NCBI GenBank assembly: GCA_027339965.1
Contig: DAHWNL010000076.1
Span: 1-64,000 of the forward strand
Reading direction: 5' to 3'
From: Granulicella sp.
Lineage (GTDB): Bacteria; Acidobacteriota; Terriglobia; Terriglobales; Acidobacteriaceae
Length of the DNA: 64,000 bases
Below are positions 49,793 to 57,489 of this stretch, one piece after another (positions within the stretch are counted from its first letter, which is position 1; each line of letters begins with the position of its first letter). Below the pieces are notes generated by a model, which saw nothing but the letters and a program-made list of their open reading frames with translations, made no database searches and was not told the origin of the DNA. The position numbers were made by a program, and so were the translations under genes.

Positions 49793-50524
49793 TTACTCGG
49801 TGATGCTCTCGAACATCTCCGTGGATTGCGTTGCGGGTTGAGGAATCACCGAAGCAGCCAGGAGGTATCGCTCCTGCCCGCCATATTCGTCGAAGATGGG
49901 ACGAGAGCGCTCCATCAGCGGAGACTGCGTGGTGTGGGCTTGCATGGCCTGGAGCTTGTAAGGCAGAACCGAGCTGACATCCAGGGTCAGCGTCCATGGA
50001 GCGGGAATATGGCGAAGTCGTCCCTCGACAAAGAAGCTCATCGTCAGGTAGTAGAGGCGCTGCGGGGTGTAAAGATCGCCCAGGTCAGGGAAGCGTTTGG
50101 GTGAGCCCGCCCAGTGAAAGGCAGCCGTGGTAGCGGCCGAGACTATCGTGTGGTCGGCGTGGGTGTTCAGGCCGCCGTCCCCGCCGAAGGTGATGATGAC
50201 CTGGGGGCGAAGAATGCGAATTTGGCGGACGATTTCGGCGGCCAGCCTGGAGATGGGCTGGTGCTCCAGCTGGCCGTCCTGGTAGTCCAGAACTTCATGA
50301 TGGCGGACTCCCAGGATCTGGCAGGAAGCGGCGAACTCAGCGCGGCGGAGCTGGCCGAGTTCTTGCGCCGAGGAGGCGACGCCGCGGAAGGAGCCGGCGC
50401 TGCCGTCGGTGAGGCAGACAATGGAGGTTTCCACCTGGCGCAGCGAAGCCAGCGCAAGCGCTCCCCCGAAGGCGAAACACTCGTCGTCGGGGTGCGCCGT
50501 TACGCAGAGAAGTCTTAGTCCCAT
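49793..50524 (-). CDS. Cytoplasmic PIG-L/LmbE-family deacetylase
   Basis: AHPDDE, TDG, H.DH, H.TQ motifs. Confidence 0.9.
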   Translation of the reverse strand: MGLRLLCVTAHPDDECFAFGGALALASLRQVETSIVCLTDGSAGSFRGVASSAQELGQLRRAEFAASCQILGVRHHEVLDYQDGQLEHQPISRLAAEIVRQIRILRPQVIITFGGDGGLNTHADHTIVSAATTAAFHWAGSPKRFPDLGDLYTPQRLYYLTMSFFVEGRLRHIPAPWTLTLDVSSVLPYKLQAMQAHTTQSPLMERSRPIFDEYGGQERYLLAASVIPQPATQSTEMFESITE

Positions 50525-51483
50525 GCAGCAGTCTCTCTTTCTCCAGCGGCTCCACGATGGCCGGCAGCGGCTGGGTTGCGGTGCGGGGATCCGCGCTTTG
50601 CTGCTGCGGCGTCCCGCAGGATCAAGGCAGAGTCGGTTTCGGTCTGCTCAAAGAGGTTCCCAGAAGACGGTTTGGAGGCTGGCGTGGCATTGCGTCCGGT
50701 GCAGAGGGTGTCGGCAGATGTGCGGGCGCAGGCGGCGGCCAGGACGGGGGCGAAGCTTTTGCGGTGGAGAGGCGTAGGGCCATACTCCAGCAGCGCCTTG
50801 CGGTGCTTCAGCGTTGCGTAGCCCTTATGCGAGGCCAAACCGTACTGGGGATGCAGGACGTCCAGCGAACGCATCAGGGAGTCGCGATGGACTTTGGCAA
50901 TGACGGAGGCTGCGGCGATGGACAAGGAGAGTGCATCACCGTGGACCAGACTCGTCTGCGCACAGGGGTGCGAGAGCTGGGATAGATCGAGATGCAGAGC
51001 GTCGATGAGCAGGTGGTCGGGAGCAACCGCAAGTTGCCGTACAGCCCGCAGCATCGCGAGGCGAGATGCCTGGTAGATATTGAGCCGGTCGATGGTTTCG
51101 GCGTCGACTTCGGCAATGGCGAGATCTACGGCGACCTCGCGGATCTTGCCGTCGAGCGCCTCCCGCTGCCGGCGGGTGAGCTGCTTGGAGTCTGTAAGAC
51201 CCAGGCGGCTGAGGAGCGTTGGGTTGGGCGGAAGGATGACCGCTGCGCCCACCACAGGGCCGAACAGAGCGCCTCGGCCTACTTCGTCAACCCCTGCGAT
51301 GGTGAGGAAACCGTGCCGGCGGAGGGTCTGCTCCGGTGCGTCCGAGCAGACCTGCTTGCGCAACCTGGTCGGCATGGCGGACGCCTTGCTCACGCCGCCG
51401 ATCTGAGGGAGGCGAAGCCCTACAACTTTGGAGGGGATTGCCGATCCGGAGGGGATGCCCGGCTCGAGTCTCTGAGCTCGCAC
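50515..51483 (-). CDS. rnhB: Ribonuclease HII
   Basis: AGVDEVGRG..FGPVV, DSK, IAAASVIAKV.RD, HKGY, HRKSF; start GTG 51483 (6 nt after TACACT) or ATG 51375. Confidence 0.93.
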   Translation of the reverse strand: MRAQRLEPGIPSGSAIPSKVVGLRLPQIGGVSKASAMPTRLRKQVCSDAPEQTLRRHGFLTIAGVDEVGRGALFGPVVGAAVILPPNPTLLSRLGLTDSKQLTRRQREALDGKIREVAVDLAIAEVDAETIDRLNIYQASRLAMLRAVRQLAVAPDHLLIDALHLDLSQLSHPCAQTSLVHGDALSLSIAAASVIAKVHRDSLMRSLDVLHPQYGLASHKGYATLKHRKALLEYGPTPLHRKSFAPVLAAACARTSADTLCTGRNATPASKPSSGNLFEQTETDSALILRDAAAAKRGSPHRNPAAAGHRGAAGERETAAWD

Positions 51484-51827
51484 CTCTCGAGTGTAGATCA
51501 TGTCGTGGAAGCAGGTCTTTTGGGATCGGATTGGCGCTCGCACATCTCTGGGCCGCGCGGACGCTGTGTGGATCCGACTTCGCGGAAAAGAGGCCTATGT
51601 CGGCCTGACCAAAACCTGCATGCTCGGGTAGAGGTCTCTTTGCCAGCGCCATTCGGGTTTAAATTCGCACGGAGAGCGAGGGGATGGAGTGTGAATGATC
51701 CGGCCTGTGGGGTACGTCCGAAGGTACTAGTGAAGGACTCGGGATTTGCCCTATGCTGACGGCAAGGCCGCAGTCTCGGCAGCAACCAGTAGTTGAACCA
51801 GGGAGTCTTCCCGGGAGATTTGGACCT

Positions 51828-52925
51828 ATGCGAGTGGAAGCAGTTGGGAGGTTGCTGCTCATCGGAGTTCTTTTGTGTCTGGTGGTTCGGGGACGGGCGC
51901 AGACTGGATCTCCTGCCACCAGTTCCGCCCCGCAGGCGGCCGCAGTTCAGCCGGCCCAGCCGAATGCGGAGGCCAAGAAGTCCGAGGCTGGAGAGGCGAA
52001 GCGGGCAGAGAAGGCCAAGGCCAAGCAGGAGAAGATTGCCCGGAAGGCGGCCGAGGCCAGAAGCAAGGCATATACCGGCCCAAATACGATCATCGTCTTG
52101 CCTCCCAAGCCGATTCTGGATGAAGAGGGCCGCCAGCGGCTGGATCCAGATGGAAAGCCCATGTTTCTGCCTCCGGTGAAGCAGCAGCGGGACAAGCACG
52201 GGCATCCGCTGTTTGACGCCCAGGGTAAGCCGGTATTTCAGACGGCAACCGAGCTCGGTTACGACGAGCATGGCAAGAAGATTCACGCGCGCAAGGTGCG
52301 TCCGCCCAAGACCACGCCGATGACCATCAGCCGGGGAACGTTGACCGTCGATGGCATGATCGGCAAGGCGGAGATGAACTACCAGATCGCCGACTTCAAG
52401 TATCTGTACCTGTACGCGCCGGGGATCGGAACACTGGTTGTCTCCAAAGCGCCTTTTACAGGGGGCAAGCAAGAGAAGGGAGCCTTCAACCGGAATACCC
52501 TCACCGTGACCACAAGCGGACATGTTTTGCAGCTCGCTTCCGACCAGTGGTTGCTGGGAAAGAAAGAGAAGGCAACGCCGGCTTATGTCATGGTGGACAG
52601 AAACTTCAACCTTCCATCCTCGTTTCCAGTGGTGGGATATGGAACAACGTTAAAGTCGCCGTATACGTGGCCGGGAAGCCGGGAAAATGCTCCCCTGAAG
52701 GGGGCGTTCGTTAAACCGCCTCCGGTCCCTGCGGATCTGCGGCCAGTGATGCTGCTCCAACCGTGCCCCACGGGGGAGATGCGTAAACCTGCCGCGCAGG
52801 CGCTCCCCGGACAGAAAGAGGTTGCGCAACCCTGTGTACCGATTCCAAATGGAAATGTGACGATGGCGAAGCCCTCGGCGGCGCAAAGCGGCGCGCTAAC
52901 CACCGTCTCGTCCTCTAGAGAGTGA
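51828..52925 (+). CDS. Secreted hypothetical protein with short D-x-x-G-K/R/H repeats
   Basis: Signal-like N-terminus, basic Ala/Lys linker; ORF opens at 51753. Confidence 0.7.
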   Translation: MRVEAVGRLLLIGVLLCLVVRGRAQTGSPATSSAPQAAAVQPAQPNAEAKKSEAGEAKRAEKAKAKQEKIARKAAEARSKAYTGPNTIIVLPPKPILDEEGRQRLDPDGKPMFLPPVKQQRDKHGHPLFDAQGKPVFQTATELGYDEHGKKIHARKVRPPKTTPMTISRGTLTVDGMIGKAEMNYQIADFKYLYLYAPGIGTLVVSKAPFTGGKQEKGAFNRNTLTVTTSGHVLQLASDQWLLGKKEKATPAYVMVDRNFNLPSSFPVVGYGTTLKSPYTWPGSRENAPLKGAFVKPPPVPADLRPVMLLQPCPTGEMRKPAAQALPGQKEVAQPCVPIPNGNVTMAKPSAAQSGALTTVSSSRE

Positions 52926-52949
52926 TTGGAGTTGGGGGGAGGAGAAGCG

Positions 52950-52985
52950 AACAGCGGCGACCCTGAGAGTCGCCGCTGTTATTTT
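52950..52985. terminator. Terminator between convergent genes
   Basis: AACAGCGGCGAC/GTCGCCGCTGTT stem followed by ATTTT. Confidence 0.75.
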
Positions 52986-53030
52986 GAAATCAATTTTTGT
53001 GCCGGCTCTGAAGCGTCTGAGCAAGTTAAT

Positions 53031-53387
53031 TTAAGCGCCACGCTCGACCTCGCGAAGCCGGGCAGCCTTGCCGCGCAGCCCGCGGAGGTAGAAGAGCTTC
53101 GACCGGCGAACTCGGTAAGAGCGAATCTTTTCAACCTTGTCGACTACCTTGGAGTTGTAGGGAAAGATGCGCTCAACTCCCTGTCCAAAGCTCATTTTAC
53201 GGACAGTGAAAGATCCCTGTGGACCCTTCTTGCAGGCGATGACCATGCCTTCAAAGGCCTGGAGGCGCTCTTTGTCGCCCTCTTTGATCTTCACCTGCAC
53301 ACGGACGGTGTCGCCAGGAGCAAAGTCGGGAATGTCGGTGCGCTGGAGCTTGGTGGCCAGCTTTTGCATAATGGGATGGATAGACAT
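53031..53387 (-). CDS. rplS: 50S ribosomal protein L19
   Basis: F.PGDTVRV...EG.KER.Q.FEG...GVER.FP...[10 protein letters not shown]. Confidence 0.98.
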   Translation of the reverse strand: MSIHPIMQKLATKLQRTDIPDFAPGDTVRVQVKIKEGDKERLQAFEGMVIACKKGPQGSFTVRKMSFGQGVERIFPYNSKVVDKVEKIRSYRVRRSKLFYLRGLRGKAARLREVERGA

Positions 53388-53671
53388 GATGGATTCCTTA
53401 CGTAGAGTGCCAACCTCAAGTCTACACGAGGCGCTCCGGATCCAGAAGCACTTTCCGCGGAAAGCTCGCCGGCGATCGTAGCCTTATGTTCAGCCTGGAT
53501 GGCCCTCTCCGGGGCCGCGGACTCTCGATGCAACAGGGCGGGTGAAAGGCAGGGTTCCCTGGATGTTACGCTCTCGGCTCGCGTTCTGAGCAAAAGCGGT
53601 TAACTGCGGATCCGCGTAAGATCTTGAGCTCGTAGGGAAACTCTTTGCCTGAGGGAAGCGTCCATCCCTAC

Positions 53672-54631
53672 ATGAAGCAACTCGCTCTCGTCGCGCTGGC
53701 GGTTGCGGTATCCGCTCTCCCGGTGTTGGCACAGCGGGCGGGTGGAATCTCCGGCGGACAGGCGGGCGGAGGCCACGGAGGCGGTGGGAGCTTCCATGCA
53801 GCCTTTGCCGGACGGAGCGCGTTCTCTCCCCGAGTGAATGGCGTTGCCGGGCATGGGGCAACTTCGCAATTGGCGGGACGGCGGACAGGCAGTGCCTGGC
53901 CCTCTTCCTACAACGACCATCGTCCTGGTTCGGGGGTCTACAACCAGAGGTGGCGGCGGGACAGGTATGGAGTGCCCTACTACGATCGGGATGGGTATGG
54001 CTATGGGTACCTGGGAGGCTATGGTTACGGTGGGCTAGGCCTCGGGTGGCCGCTGGCCTCCGGGTGGGTGGACACCAACGACCCGGGGTTCGATGACGGC
54101 GACTCGTCGAACGATGACGGCTCGTCGAGTGATTCTTCTGCCGACGGGAGTGATGGAACGGCATCCTACGGGCCTGAAGTGCCCTACGGACCTGACGACG
54201 GATCCGACAACTACTATGCCCCGAGCCCCTACGGCCCCGGCCCCTACGGCCCCAATGCTTACGGATCAGGCGCCAACGGAGCAGGCCCCGATGGTTCGGG
54301 CCAAGTGGTTGGTGGAGAGTATTACTCCTACCCTCCGGTGCCCTATCTGAGCGTGCCGACAAAGATGTTAGGGTCAGGGGAACAGGGCCTGGCGCCGAGC
54401 CGGATGGAGCCGTCAATCTCTCCCGTACCCTCGCTCTATGACTCCTCTGCCGTCACGCTGATCTTCAAGGACGGCCGTCCGCCGGAGAAGATACACAACT
54501 ACGCTCTTACGCGAAGCATGCTGTACGTCGCAGACGGGAAGCACCAGCAGATTCCCATCTCGGAGCTGAATCTGGCAGCTACCCAAAAAGTGAACCAGCA
54601 AAACGGCGTGGACTTCCAACTGCCGCAGTAG
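53672..54631 (+). CDS. Secreted Gly/Tyr/Asp-rich low-complexity protein with compact C-terminal domain
   Basis: Signal peptide MKQLALVALA..AQ, YG/PYGP repeats. Confidence 0.75.
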   Translation: MKQLALVALAVAVSALPVLAQRAGGISGGQAGGGHGGGGSFHAAFAGRSAFSPRVNGVAGHGATSQLAGRRTGSAWPSSYNDHRPGSGVYNQRWRRDRYGVPYYDRDGYGYGYLGGYGYGGLGLGWPLASGWVDTNDPGFDDGDSSNDDGSSSDSSADGSDGTASYGPEVPYGPDDGSDNYYAPSPYGPGPYGPNAYGSGANGAGPDGSGQVVGGEYYSYPPVPYLSVPTKMLGSGEQGLAPSRMEPSISPVPSLYDSSAVTLIFKDGRPPEKIHNYALTRSMLYVADGKHQQIPISELNLAATQKVNQQNGVDFQLPQ

Positions 54632-54807
54632 AGGGATCTTTCCCTCGTGGAGATGCAGAGCCTGGACGAGGAGAAAGTTGTCCCGGCAAGGGAGATTCCA
54701 TCGCCGGCCCCAGTTCCGGGAAAATCGCTCCAAGGGAAAAGGTCGCGACGGGACCCTGTGGACCCGGAGCGGCTCCTACCGATACCTTTTACGCTTCAAG
54801 CGGCCCG

Positions 54808-55293
54808 TTATCGGTGATGAGAGCTTTGGTTGCTTGCGGATGCCGGCTGCGAGGTTGTTGAGGGCTGAGCCTGCCAAGGGGACATGGTGGTGGTTTTGCC
54901 AGTGCGGAAGTGGCCCTTGGTGGCCGGAGTACAGTCGATCTCACTGGAAGCGCGCGGGTGCGGGGACTTGAGATCGCGCTCGGTAAAGTTGTAGCTGCGC
55001 AAGGTGAAGCAAAGGGGCCGGCCCTGCCCCGCGCTTGCCTGCTGCGAGCCCGCTGTGGAGAGGTGGTTCGCGGCCGCAAGGTTATCGAAGCGCTGCGGGG
55101 TGGATTCGAGGGTTGCGGCGGAGAGCGGTTGGTTGCGGGATGTGTTGAAGAGAGCTGTGGGCGCGTCGGAGGCCGCCAGCGGAGGAGGACCGGATGGGGT
55201 CAGGGCCTGTGCTGCGGCTGTTTGGGTGGATCCAGAAGCGAGCAGGATAGATGCGAGCGGAAACGAGGCGAGAAGACGAGGCTTTGACATCAC
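54808..55293 (-). CDS. Small secreted hypothetical protein
   Basis: Signal-like N-terminus, Cys pair (LCFTLRSY...DCTP). Confidence 0.55.
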   Translation of the reverse strand: MMSKPRLLASFPLASILLASGSTQTAAAQALTPSGPPPLAASDAPTALFNTSRNQPLSAATLESTPQRFDNLAAANHLSTAGSQQASAGQGRPLCFTLRSYNFTERDLKSPHPRASSEIDCTPATKGHFRTGKTTTMSPWQAQPSTTSQPASASNQSSHHR

Positions 55294-55313
55294 AAGTCCC
55301 TCTGCATTGCAGT

Positions 55314-55431
55314 CTATAGCATCTCCCGTGCCGATGGGTTCTCCGAAGTGGGCTTGCTGTGGCGTTATCCTTGGGGAAAGCGATCGAAATTGTCAAGGCG
55401 CTGAAATTTATCCCTACGGAGACAGGGTTAG
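55314..55431. repeat. Decayed copy of the 117-bp MITE-like element
   Basis: CTATAGCAT.T.C.GTG.CGATGGGT...CCGAAG.GGGCTT.C.GTGGCGTT.TC.TTGGGGAAA matches about the first 85 nt; right end diverged. Confidence 0.8.
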
Positions 55432-55526
55432 CTCTTGGATGAGTCCTTGGGTGCCTCGAACCGGCTTGCTTTTTGACCCTGGCGTCGAGCAGCGGGGGAG
55501 CGCAGACGGGGTGAGTCCGGATGGCT

Positions 55527-56408
55527 TTACGCCGCAGGGGTGTATCCCAGGCCGGCGAGGTATTGGCGATCATCTTCCGAAAGATCGGCGGTTTGCAGCA
55601 GGTCAGGGCGGTTCGCCAGAGTCTTGGCCAGCGCGGCCTGTCGGCGCCAGCGGCGGATGGCCAGATGGTCGCCGCTGGAGAGAACCTCCGGGACACTGAG
55701 GCCGAGAAACTCCGCAGGACGAGTGTAGTGGGGATAGTCGAGGATGCCGCTGGAGGCGTGGGTGGATCGGGGTACGGACGGGCTCGGCTCCGAGCCAACA
55801 GGGAAGAATGCGGCGTTTGCAGCCGCTGCCAGCGGTGCTTCGCCGAAGTCGGCTTCACCTTCTCCAAAGCTTTCGTAACGGCTGGAGTCGGCGTGGCCAA
55901 GGGCTCCGGGAAGAAGGCGGACGCTGGCATCGAGCAGGACTGCGGCGGCCAGTTCGCCGCCGGAGAGGACATAGTCCCCGATGGAGAGTTCCTCGTCACA
56001 GAGCAGATCCACAACGCGTTCATCCACACCCTCATAGCGGCCACAAAGCAAAACTACGCGATGCAGTGTGGCCAGACGGCGGGCGGTGGACTGGTTGAAG
56101 CGTTTTCCCTGGGCAGAGAGCAGGATCACCGATTCGGCCCCGGCAGGGCGCTGCGGCCTGGGGAGAAGCTTGAGGGAACTGAGGGCCTCATAGATGGGCT
56201 GGGGCTTGAGCACCATACCCTCGCCTCCGCCAAAGGGCCGGTCGTCCACGCTGCGATGACGGTCGTGGGTGAAGCAGCGAAGATCGTGAATTTGGATGCT
56301 GGCGAGGCCGCTGCGCAGCGCTCGCGAGACCACCCCATGGCCCAAAATGCCTTGGTCTGGCAGGGCGCCGAAGAACTCCGGAAAGATGGTGAGGATGTCA
56401 AAATGCAT
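55527..56408 (-). CDS. trmD: tRNA (guanine37-N1)-methyltransferase TrmD
   Basis: VDDRPFGGG.GMV, CGRYEGVDERV, SIGDYVLSGGE, PHYTRP. Confidence 0.97.
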   Translation of the reverse strand: MHFDILTIFPEFFGALPDQGILGHGVVSRALRSGLASIQIHDLRCFTHDRHRSVDDRPFGGGEGMVLKPQPIYEALSSLKLLPRPQRPAGAESVILLSAQGKRFNQSTARRLATLHRVVLLCGRYEGVDERVVDLLCDEELSIGDYVLSGGELAAAVLLDASVRLLPGALGHADSSRYESFGEGEADFGEAPLAAAANAAFFPVGSEPSPSVPRSTHASSGILDYPHYTRPAEFLGLSVPEVLSSGDHLAIRRWRRQAALAKTLANRPDLLQTADLSEDDRQYLAGLGYTPAA

Positions 56409-56491
56409 CGTTGTTCCAAGAGATCGTAGTACGGGAAGCGGCCAGGCCCAGGCAACTCGATTCCGCCAGACCCGGCCATGCGGAAGATGGT

Positions 56492-56608
56492 CTATAGCAT
56501 TTCCAGTGTCGATGGGTGTCCCGAAGAGGGTTTACGGTGGCGTTTTCATTGGGGAGAACGCCCATAGAAGTCGAGGCATTGGGTACACCTACACTGAAAC
56601 TGCTTTAG
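56492..56608. mobile_element. 117-bp MITE-like palindromic element, intact copy B
   Basis: Same termini as 7744-7860 with 8 substitutions; right end supplies the TAA of the CPBP gene. Confidence 0.85.
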
Positions 56609-57474
56609 CGGCTCAAATGTTTGAATCCACCTGTGGAGACCAGCGTGACGGCGAAGATGGTCAAGTTATAGGTGGCGTGCAACAGCGTGGAGCCGGCCAC
56701 CGAGTGCATGCGTATCCGCACCAGGCTCAGCGCCAGGCTGACGCCATAGAGCACGCCCAGGATTCCCCAGGCGTGGGAGATTTGGTCGGCGTGCAAGAGC
56801 GCAAAGGGGACGCTGGAGAAGATGGCGGCGAAGGCCAGAGCGGAGGTGGAGTGCTGGGTGCTCCTTTGCCAGCGTTCCAGGCCTGCGGGGGATCGCTCCA
56901 GGGCAAGCCAGTCATAGGCCGTGGCCAGGGCCGGCAGCAGAAATCCACGAAAGGCAATCTCTTCGGCAATCGGAGCCAGAGTCACAGCGAAGCTGGCTAG
57001 CAGCCATCCGGACATTCGGGTGCTGAGCAGTTGATCAAAAGGGGTGGTCTTGGGCTGGGGGAGGAAGTAAAGACACGATTGGGCAGCGGCGCTGAGCAGA
57101 ACGCCGCCCGCAACGATCCAGTACCACTTGCGGCGGGCAGCCGACAGACCCCAATGAATTCCCTGCGCAAAGTTGACCTCCCACAGATGAGGGAAGAGCC
57201 AGTAGGAGACGGCGAGAATCAAGACGTAGGCCAGAGCCTGCGCCAGCAGCACAGTTCCCGGATGCTGTGCGAGCGAGTCCTGATTCAGGTGGGCGAGGCT
57301 GAAGATCACCAGGGCGGAGACGCTCACTAGCATCCAGGCCAGGGTGAAGAACAGCGCGGCGTGCCCCATGTGTGGAATTCGCCGAGCCAGCCCGTGGTCC
57401 CGCTCCGGATCGGTGTCATGCTGGATATCGAGCGACTTGGGCTCGGCGGCGTCGGGTAGGGGATGATGGCTCAT
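56605..57474 (-). CDS. CPBP (CAAX protease/Abi) family intramembrane metalloprotease
   Basis: EE..FRG, F...H, H..YN motifs. Confidence 0.92.
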   Translation of the reverse strand: MSHHPLPDAAEPKSLDIQHDTDPERDHGLARRIPHMGHAALFFTLAWMLVSVSALVIFSLAHLNQDSLAQHPGTVLLAQALAYVLILAVSYWLFPHLWEVNFAQGIHWGLSAARRKWYWIVAGGVLLSAAAQSCLYFLPQPKTTPFDQLLSTRMSGWLLASFAVTLAPIAEEIAFRGFLLPALATAYDWLALERSPAGLERWQRSTQHSTSALAFAAIFSSVPFALLHADQISHAWGILGVLYGVSLALSLVRIRMHSVAGSTLLHATYNLTIFAVTLVSTGGFKHLSR

Positions 57475-57489
57475 AGGGCAAAGACCAGA

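Noticed and set aside
54675..54740. Additional decayed MITE copies here and at about 17950-18055
   Set aside because: Only short scattered matches with inconsistent spacing
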